The notes below the pieces were generated by a model, which had not been told where the DNA came from, searched no databases, and saw nothing but the letters and a program-made list of their open reading frames with translations. From positions 7,966-71,965 of IMG/VR virus record IMGVR_UViG_3300015050_001283: 64,000 nucleotides of DNA; one strand, given 5' to 3'. Origin of the DNA: a virus (lineage: Duplodnaviria; Caudoviricetes). The translations under genes were made by a program, and so were the position numbers. Shown one piece after another: positions 16,212-25,100 of this stretch. The number at the start of each line of letters is the position of its first letter. Positions within the stretch are counted from its first letter, which is position 1.

Positions 16212-16561
16212 GCGACAAACTATTCGTCCGCGACATCATCGAGCAGATCGCCAAGCTCGATCCAACCCTGCCGACCAACATCGTCCGCATCGAGACGGGT
16301 TCCTTTCAGGACATGACCCGCGTGCACCTGAAGGACGACCGCATGGATGACGATGAGGAGCTGGGCTCCGAGATCATCGAGAAGAAACGGCGTGTCCAAG
16401 AACTGGACAGGGATGTTAAGGCGCTCGAATACAAGCTGACCGAAAAGCGAGAGGTCTACGCCAAGGAAGCGCTCGCTCACTCGACCAAGATGGCGCTGCT
16501 GACCGAGCGCCTTCGCAAGATCCGCGAACAGTCGCGTCAACGCGAACTCCCCTTACCATGA
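16208..16561 (+). CDS. Coiled-coil hypothetical protein
   Basis: ATG at 16208; heptad-rich C-terminal half. Confidence 0.65.
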   Translation: MSDKLFVRDIIEQIAKLDPTLPTNIVRIETGSFQDMTRVHLKDDRMDDDEELGSEIIEKKRRVQELDRDVKALEYKLTEKREVYAKEALAHSTKMALLTERLRKIREQSRQRELPLP

Positions 16562-17001
16562 TCCGCCGCCAACACGTCATCCTGGGCATCGTCGCCCACT
16601 GTTACACCACGCCCAACGCCTTGGGTGTCATCATCATTTCGGAGGACAACGGCAGAGCCGATGATGTCGTTCGTGATCTCACCGACCTGATGCCGTTGGT
16701 CAACAAGCTGACGCAGCCGGTCCGGGTTGAGATCAAATCGGTAAAGCGTGAAGGCAGATCATCCGTGGTCGAGCTGTTCATCACCCAAGGAAAGATCGGG
16801 TTCATATCCAAGATCCTCATAATGAAGCCGGCGCGCGGCGATCGCATGGATCAGGTCCGCGGCAGTGAGCCCACGGTGGTGTATGCTGACCGGCTCGTCA
16901 GCCACGAGCACATGGAGATCATCGCCGCTCAGATCGGGCGCCGACCCGGAATCAACGAGGGCATCCAGCTCTGGGATGAACCGAGCTTCTACCATCGGTG
17001 A
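16558..17001 (+). CDS. Hypothetical protein
   Basis: 147 aa, coupled on both sides. Confidence 0.6.
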   Translation: MIRRQHVILGIVAHCYTTPNALGVIIISEDNGRADDVVRDLTDLMPLVNKLTQPVRVEIKSVKREGRSSVVELFITQGKIGFISKILIMKPARGDRMDQVRGSEPTVVYADRLVSHEHMEIIAAQIGRRPGINEGIQLWDEPSFYHR

Positions 17002-17618
17002 ATAAGGAGCTACATTCCACCGGCGAACTCGAATACCGCCTGCTCTACAGCATGGTGGTTGCCGGGAAGTCAGCGGACTTCGCGCAGAAGAAGATGTATG
17101 CGTTTCTCCCGCTGTCGCCGAACCTTCAATCGCCGTTCGCCTACGTCCGGGAACTCATCGCGCTCAAGATGCTGCGCTGGCATCTGGTCAAAGCGAAGAC
17201 CGGCAACTACGACAAGCTGGCCAAGGGTTTCGCCGAGGTCGCCGGCGCCACCATCGATCTTCGCACCGTGGATGCGCCCACCCTCCAGGGTTTCCACGGC
17301 ATCGGCCCCAAGACCGCGCGCTTCTTCCTGATGTGGACCCGGCCAGACGCCTACCATGCGGCGCTCGATACCCACGTCCTCAAGTGGTTGCAGATGCTGG
17401 GCTACCCGGACATTCCGCGCAGCACCCCCAGCGGCCCCACATATGCGAGACTCGAAAAAATTTTTATCGACGAATCGATTGCCCGTGGAATGACACCGGT
17501 CGATCTCGATTCTAAAATCTGGCGCTACTGTCGGGACGCCCGCATCGGGTGGACCAAGCACATGGCGCTGGCCAGTTGGCCCGAGGAACTGTGGCCGCGA
17601 AGCGTTATCAAGCCATGA
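16998..17618 (+). CDS. HhH-GPD DNA glycosylase, Ogg-like, without an Fe-S cluster
   Basis: HhH LQGFHGIGPKTARFFL (catalytic Lys) and ALDTHVLKWL (catalytic Asp). Confidence 0.8.
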   Translation: MNKELHSTGELEYRLLYSMVVAGKSADFAQKKMYAFLPLSPNLQSPFAYVRELIALKMLRWHLVKAKTGNYDKLAKGFAEVAGATIDLRTVDAPTLQGFHGIGPKTARFFLMWTRPDAYHAALDTHVLKWLQMLGYPDIPRSTPSGPTYARLEKIFIDESIARGMTPVDLDSKIWRYCRDARIGWTKHMALASWPEELWPRSVIKP

Positions 17619-18166
17619 AAAACAAAGACAAATGGAAGCTGTTGGCCGACGAGATTAAAACCCACGAGCAACGCCTGCTCGCTGCCTTCCTGCTGGGGAA
17701 GCAACGGCCTACGGTTCTGTGGGTTGGTGTCACTCTCCAAGAGTGGACGGTCACTGACGTTTACTCTTCTCAAGAGAGCGTGTGGGATGAACCGCAGCCC
17801 ACGAATATGCAGCTGACCAGGCTCCAAGAGAAGCGCGACCGGATTGCGGCGCTGACCGAGGCCGATCCGATGAAGGTGTTCATCAGCCTGAAAAACAACA
17901 CGGCAACCACGGGACTGCCGTGGGCGCGCCTCGCTGACCACTCGTATGGGTATTACGATGTCAAGGAAGAGGCTGAGGTGTTCAGCAAGAAGTGGCACGC
18001 TGACCACGACCCGAGGCCGGGTCATCAGCCTTGCGATTACTGCGGCAAGCAGGTGGCAGATGCCTCTATTTTCCGAGCCACCATCTGGAGAAACGGAGGG
18101 CAGGAGCAGCGCAAATTCTGTAACGGAACCTGCGCGAGCCACGATCAGATGGCGTCGGAAGGATAG
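17615..18166 (+). CDS. Hypothetical protein with a C-terminal TRASH/MYM-like zinc finger
   Basis: CDYCGK...KFCNGTC; ATG at 17615. Confidence 0.7.
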   Translation: MKNKDKWKLLADEIKTHEQRLLAAFLLGKQRPTVLWVGVTLQEWTVTDVYSSQESVWDEPQPTNMQLTRLQEKRDRIAALTEADPMKVFISLKNNTATTGLPWARLADHSYGYYDVKEEAEVFSKKWHADHDPRPGHQPCDYCGKQVADASIFRATIWRNGGQEQRKFCNGTCASHDQMASEG

Positions 18167-18373
18167 TCAGTCCATCTTCCGCAGCGTCATCGCCAGCCGA
18201 GCCCGGCGCCCCATCTTCCCCGACTGCTTAGCGGCGCCTTCCAGTTTGCCGAAGGGAATCCGCTTCCCCGCTGGCACGTGGAGTTCACGATGAAGGGCAC
18301 CTTTATGTTTCGAGATGCCGGTGTCGGCGATCCAGTTCGAGTTTTTGTTACGCTTATCGGCGAGTGAACTCAT
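18167..18373 (-). CDS. Small basic conserved phage protein
   Basis: NWIADTGISKHKGALHRELHVPAGKRIP..KL..AA...GKMGRRARLAMTLRKM pattern. Confidence 0.75.
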   Translation of the reverse strand: MSSLADKRNKNSNWIADTGISKHKGALHRELHVPAGKRIPFGKLEGAAKQSGKMGRRARLAMTLRKMD

Positions 18374-18423
18374 GGTAAGTATCGAGACCTTGACTCGGAG
18401 TTGAAGTTTATCAGGCTGAGGTT

Positions 18424-19110
18424 ATGGCCAACATTAAGTGGAAGGAGATACCAGGATACGAAGGACTGTATGAGGTGTCGAGCGCGGGAGCGGTTCGCAG
18501 GAACGCGCGCGCCAAGCACAGCAAACAGGGCATCAGTTCCACCCCGAGGCACGGCTCCCCCAATGCCAAGGGATACATGAGCATCGGCCTGAGCCGGGAC
18601 GGTGACGAACGAAAGCGCCTCGTTCACTGCTTAGTCTTGCTGGCGTTTGTCGGGCCAGCGCCGAAGGGAATGGAGGGCGCCCATCTCGATGGTGTTCGGT
18701 CTAACAATCGGTTGACCAACCTCATCTGGGCCACTCCGAAAGTGAATTGCTCCCACAAAAAGAAGCACGGCACTCAGCAATTCGGGGAGAAGGTCACGCG
18801 GTCCAAACTGACTGAGGCACAGGTCCGCACCTTGCCCAGCCTGCGCCGTTCCGGGATGACTTGGAAGGAGATCGCCACCCACCTTGGCGTAAAGACCACC
18901 ACGATTACGGGTATATCGACCGGCAGAAATTGGGCGCACCTCAAGCGGGTCAAGGCGCAGCTCGCCAAGATGCGTGTCGGCAAGGGCCGTCGGTTTACCG
19001 CGACGAAAACAGCATCCCGCTCCCGTTCATCCGCCGGCGCATCGCGTCCTCACTCCTCGATGTCGAAGACATCTGCCGCTCAAAGTAACGCTGCGTCTCC
19101 GTCGGCTTGA
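18424..19110 (+). CDS. NUMOD4-HNH homing endonuclease with a C-terminal HTH (mobile gene)
   Basis: WKEIPGYEGLYEVSSAG (NUMOD4); VHCLVLLAF...AHLDGVRSNNRLTNL (HNH); KLTEAQV...KEIATHLGV (HTH). Confidence 0.9.
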   Translation: MANIKWKEIPGYEGLYEVSSAGAVRRNARAKHSKQGISSTPRHGSPNAKGYMSIGLSRDGDERKRLVHCLVLLAFVGPAPKGMEGAHLDGVRSNNRLTNLIWATPKVNCSHKKKHGTQQFGEKVTRSKLTEAQVRTLPSLRRSGMTWKEIATHLGVKTTTITGISTGRNWAHLKRVKAQLAKMRVGKGRRFTATKTASRSRSSAGASRPHSSMSKTSAAQSNAASPSA

Positions 19111-22100
19111 TGAGGGACGTGAAGGAATCGTAACGCCGGATAGCCTCTTGGGTATCCGCGCGCCCGTCATCATCCATCACGGTGTAGAGCTGGGCCAGCT
19201 GTGCCGTAGTAGGCTTGAAGCGAAACACCTCTAACGGGTTTCTCGATTGCCAGCTGGCGAGCACCCGCTTGGCAGCCTCCTTCTCCCGATCGACAGGGGA
19301 GATCCGTGGGTCGTCGGCGACCTGTTCGCGCGCCGCATTCAGCGCCTTCCGATAGTTGTCGAGGAACCCGAGCCGGTCATTGGCCATGGCTGACAGGCTC
19401 ATCTCCCGGGTCCACACCGTCATCGGCGTCGGGGCATTGGCGGTGCCGCCACCGGATGCGCGCACCTCGATGCCCACCTCCCGACCGGCAGAGCGCAGCC
19501 AGTTCTGCGCGTTGATGCGCTGAACCAGCCGGCTCTCCGCGTTGTCGAGGCCGAGCAAATTGTTGGTGATGTCGATGCTGTGCAGCACGCCGTTGCCACC
19601 CATCGAGCTGAACGCCTGCCGGCCAACCGATGCCCAGGTGGCGTCGCCGCCTTGGGTGATGAGGTTGCGGAGGGACTGGCTCATCGAAAGGAACTGGCTC
19701 ATGGCGAACACCCGCTGGTCCAGCGAGAACCCGCGCTGCCCAGATGACGGGTCAATCTGCCCGACCAACTGGCCGGCGAGGTCGGCGCCCAACCCGTAGA
19801 CGTTGCCGGCGCGCGCGCTGCGTTCGAGGAGGGCCAGCGCATTGTCGGTCGGCGAGTCCTTGCCGGCGATGAACCCAAGCGCCGGCCCGACCAGCGGGAT
19901 GGCATTGAGCGCATCGATTGAGCGGAGGTTCGACTTCTTGCCCAGCAGCTTGTCGTCATACTGGTCGAGCAGCAGGGAGAAGGCGATGCCCATGGGCAGG
20001 TTCCACAGGGCCAGCGTGCCCAGCCCCTTGGCCATGGCCTTCAGGCTGCGCTGGCCGTCGGCCGTGTTCAGCCCTTGGTGCACGTTGTGCATCATCCAGA
20101 GCGGCCACCGCAGGAGCGGCATACCGATCTTCAGGAGGGGATTGGTCTGGAGAACCGAAGGGGTCGTGTTGATCGAGGCCGCGCCGTCGAGTTCGTTGGC
20201 GGTCATCTGCGCGATACGCAGCACCTGATCGCGGGTCAGCAGGCGGTCACCCTTGGCGGCAGCCGGCGCCGCCTGGCGGATGACGTCCTCCAGATTGCCG
20301 ATGCCATACTCGATGGACTTGTCCCGGAAGTAATCGAGGACGCCCTTGTCGAAGCGGCCGATCTTCAGCTGCTTGTCGGTGAACCGGAAGCTCGGGTCGT
20401 GCAGCGCATCGGGGTGGTTGCTGAAATGGGTGAGCCCGTTGCGGACGATCTTCTCATACATCTGCACGGACGCCAAGGTGTTGGCCTGCGCGGCAATCTG
20501 GCTGATGGAATTGAGGACGCCGAAACCCGGGATGAGGGCGAGCCGCGGGAACTCCTGCGTGCCATCGCCGATGCCCACCTTCACGCCCTTGCGCTGGATG
20601 GAACGTAGCGCGCGCAGTGGCTTGATGAGGAAGCGGTCGGTCTTTGAACTCTGGAATTTGCCGCGGTGCCCGATGTCCGCCAGCACCGTGCCCCACGGCA
20701 GGTTGCGGAACACCTGACCCTCGACCGAGCCCACGTCCTTGGCATACTCCGAACTCCGCATCACATGGATGTTCAGGTTTTCGAGGAAGCTGCCGAGCGT
20801 CGTCTCCAGCAGGTTGGCATACGCCCGTGCCGACGCCGAAATGGTCATCGGCCCCAGGCTCCGCATCGCGAACGGACGCTGCGACAGGGACAGCAAGTTG
20901 TAGGCGCCGACCTTCGGGTTGTCGACCAGCTGCCCGGTCATGGCGTTCATCACCTCCATGCCACCGCGCAGGTCAGCGAACGGGCCGGCGGTGTTGCCAA
21001 CCCCGAACAGCCCGCGGATCTTGGACTGCATCTCCAGCACCCCGGAGTAGCGGTCGGACGCTGCCTCCAGCTGCTTGTAATCCAGGCCACGGGCCGCTGC
21101 CTCGGCGGCGCGCGCCCCCTTGGTCGTGCCCTTGAGGCTGTCGAACTCCGCCTTGCGCGCAGCCAGCACGCCCTTCAGCTCGTTGACGGTCTGCACCATG
21201 CGGTCGCCGTTGCGGCCGAAGGCACCATGGAACGCCAGCATACCGAGCAGGCGCTGCGATGAGGTCGGGTCGAAGGACTGGAACTGCACGTGCTCCGGCG
21301 GGAGCAGGTCGTTCATGCGCGCGTCCATCAGGGTGTGAGGCTTCGGCCCCATCGGGTCGAACAGGTCGCGCACTTGCTGGGATTCGTAGGCGAGCTTCGC
21401 CTCCATGCCGAACAGCCGGTCAATCTGACCGAGGATGTTGCCGCGGAAGTCGGCCAGCGGATCGGCTGCCGTCTCCTCGTTGACTTGGAGCTGCCGCCCC
21501 TTCGCCAGATTGTCGATGAACTGGAGGACGTCCCCGCCGGCCGTCGTCCACGCCTGCTGGACTTCGAGCTGCGGGATGGGGTCGCCGGCCCAGCTGAAGA
21601 TCTCGCTGCCGGGCTTGTTGATGAACGGCACCAGCCAGCGATCGAGGATGCCCGGCGTAAAGTATTGCTTCAGCGTGGCGCTGAGCGCCTGGCTGTTCTT
21701 CGGGTCCAGATCCTCCGGGGTCAGGCCGTCGAAGGTCGTGGCGCGGACCACGCTGCGGCGTGCCGTGCCGTCCTCGCCGGTCTCTTCCTTGAGCTGGAGC
21801 TTCCATCCGGCCTGCTCCATGTCACGGACAATGGTCTGCAACACATCGGCCCGCAGGCTGCGCGGCGTGGTCAGCCAGCCTTGGGCGACCGCCTGCCGGA
21901 GCGCATTGCTGATGCGTGGGTCTTTCACGAAGACGCCGTATTGCTCGGCGATCTTCAGCATCAGCTCGCTGTTCTCTTTCGTGCGGCGCAACAGCGTGGC
22001 GAACTTCTCGTTGAAGTCCTCCGCCGGCGGCTTGGTCAGGAGCTGCCGCGCCATACGGGTCGCTTCCCGGATGGCGTGCTGCTCGTCCAACCCCGGGTTG

Positions 22101-25100
22101 ACGTTGAGGAAATACATCACCGGGTCGTAGACCTGGCCCAGCATCTGCCCGTGGTCGGTGATGCCGGTCGACTCCTCGACATCGGTCAGCGCCTTGGTCC
22201 ACCAGCCGGCCGCGGCGCTCACCTCTTCGCGGTGACTGCGGTTGATGAACTCGAACTGCTGAAGCATTTGCGCGATGCGCGCGCCGGAGCTGTGGCCCGC
22301 GGCCTTCGCCTCGGCGCCCAGCGGCTGCACCATCTTGTCGAGCATCGAGACCCAGCCGGCCGGATACTTCTTCTGCACGTCGAGCATGGCCAGCTCCATG
22401 GTCTGGCGCTTGACGGTCTCGAAATGGCGGGTGCCCTTGCGGTCGGCGTTCGCGCGCAGCCACTCCATGTTGTTGGTGAGGTCGCGCTTGATCTGGTCGC
22501 TGTCCTTGGCGGACCCGTCGGGGTTGAAGCTGAGGGTGCGACGTTCGGAGGTGAATGCCCCGCTGTCGCCGGGAACCATGGCCGTAAACTTGGCGCCTTC
22601 CACCGGATACCATTCCGAGTAGGCGCCGCCGGCGGTCTGCTGCATCTGGTTCACCTGCTCGGCCGTGATCGGGATGGCCTTCTCCAGCAGGGCGACCCGC
22701 TCCTCCGCGATCTGCACCCGGTTCTGCATGGTCTGGAGGGCGCGACGCCGCTTCAGGTAGCCGACGCGGATGCGCTCCGCCAATCCCTTGGCCGACGCGC
22801 GCTCATCCATCTGCCGAACCATGCGGCTGATCTGGTCGGCACTGGCCGAGCGGATCTCGTCGAGCTGCTTGTGAATCTCCCGGAATTTCGTGGTGTCGCG
22901 CAGCCAGCCCAGCTGGATCTGGTCGACCTGCTCGATGTTCGAGCGCGCCAGCGCCGCGATCGCCACGGCGAGCGGCCGGTTCTCGGCCATGGCCCGCAGC
23001 TGCGGGTTCATCTCCGCGTTGTCGCGGATGGCTTTCACGACCTCGGCGTTGGTCATGTCCGCCAGCGGCAGGTCGAGCTCGGCCAGTGCACGCACCGAAT
23101 CGAAGATGGGTAGCGTGCCGTCGACCGCCTGCTTCAGCACCCGCTGGTAGGCTTCGGGCATCGGGTCGGTCTCCAGCAAACCCTCCGCCTGCTGGATGGC
23201 TTCGTAAAGCCGGCCGTGGGTGTGGGCCGTGCTCAAGCCGCGGCGCATCGAGCGCACCAAATCGGTGGCCATCTTCCGCAGCTTGGCCCGCAAGGTGTCC
23301 TCGTGCAGCGAGGCGTTCCGGAGGTCCGACTCCAGCTTGTTCATCTCCTTGGCCTGATCGACCATCGCCTGCGCGGAGTCGTCGATCTGCTTCTTGGAGC
23401 GCGCGAGTTCGCGCAGCTGCCGGAGGTGCATCTTCTCCACGAGGATGCGGGCATTGAGCCCGGCCAAGTCGTTCATCGGCTTGGTCATCCGCGCGCCGCC
23501 GATGCGCGCGCTCTGGGTGCCCGGGACGCGCCGCTCCTGGTCAGCAAGCAGTAACACCGGGTCATCGCCGCGGCCGACCAGCTTCCAGAATTGTTCCCAT
23601 GGCGTCTTCGGCGCCAGCTCCGCGTGCAGCTTCCGGCCCAGAGCCAAGGTCTCGTGGACGGCTGCCGAGTCGATACGCGCGCGCGCCTCCGGGTCCGGGA
23701 TGTTCTGGTCGGACGGCGCATCGCTCTGCCGGAACTCGACGTTCCAACGCATGGCATCCGGGGAAATGGGTTCGACCCAAGGCTGCCGCATCGACTGGTC
23801 GAGCGGGTCGAAGAAGTCGGCCACGCTGCCGGGGGTGTCCTTGGCGCCGTGGAACTTGCGGACCTGTTCGGTCATCGGCACCGTGAGGAACCGGTCCATC
23901 AGGCTGGACAGCCGGTAGTCGAAGTCGCCGCCGGTCTCCCGCCGCAGCTGGTTCTCGAACCAGTCCAGGGCAAGCTGAGCGTTCGGCTCCGCGCCGAATC
24001 CGCGCTGCACGGCCATCGCGGTGCGGTAATACAAGTCCTTGATCCAGCGAACAATCGCCTGCGCCAGCGATTGGCTGTCGGCGACGCCGGCGTCCGCCAG
24101 TTTCTGGGCCATGGTCTCGGCCAGCAGGTCGGCCGCTGAGGTCGTCGGCGCCGCGGCCATGCCGTTGCGCTCGGCGGTCTGCTGGGCTTTGGCCTGAAGC
24201 TCGACCATCGAGGCGTCGACTGCCCGCAGCACCAGCCCCTTGGCGACGGGGTTCAACCGCATCGTCAGGGACTCGGCCGCTTCGTGGAGGAGGGTGACGA
24301 GGTTGCCGAGGTTAGCCTTCTGGACGTCATCGAGGCTGATCGCCACATGCCACGGCGAGTAGGCTACGCCCACAGCCTGCGCCAATTCAGCCAGGCGGGC
24401 TTCCCGCTGGGCAATGCGGGCCGTCAGCTCCGCGCGCATCGAGCCCTGCGCCTGCGGCAGCTGTGCCTTCAGCTGCTCGATCTGCTGGATGATGGGTTCC
24501 CGTGCGGCTTGGGCAAAAAATTCCTTGGCGAAAACGTCGACCTTCATGCCGAGGTTTTGCAGGTTCGCGGCCACAGCTTGGAACACGCTGGCGCGGTCGG
24601 CGGACTGGACGGTCGCCTGCTGGGAGCGGCGCAAATGGTTGGCGTCATCGAGCGGCACCTCGCCGGTCTGCCCCTGCTCCCGGCCGGCCACCAAATCCAG
24701 CTCGCCGTAGAGCGCCTTCAGTTCGGTGGTGATCTTGTTGCGCTCGGCCTGATCCTTGGCCCGCAGGTAGTCGTTGCCCAGCTGATCGATACGCCGGGTG
24801 ATGTCGGCTTCCCGGTTGCGGGCGATGGCCGGCTGCGCGGTCATGGCCGGCGGGCGGATCTGCTGGCCCTGCGTCTTCTCGGTCGAGCCCCACGCTTGGT
24901 CAAAGCCCTTGGCGTCGGCGAACGTCTGGAAGATCTTGCCCGGGTCGCCGGAGAAATGGACCACGGCGATCGGCTGGTAGCCGGCGGCGATGACATCCTG
25001 GACCGTCGCCGGGTGGTTGCCGCCTGCCTCGACGGCGCGCCGGCCCGCGCGGCTCACGCCCATCCGCTGGACAGCCGCCTCGTTGAAGGTGGTCTTGCCG

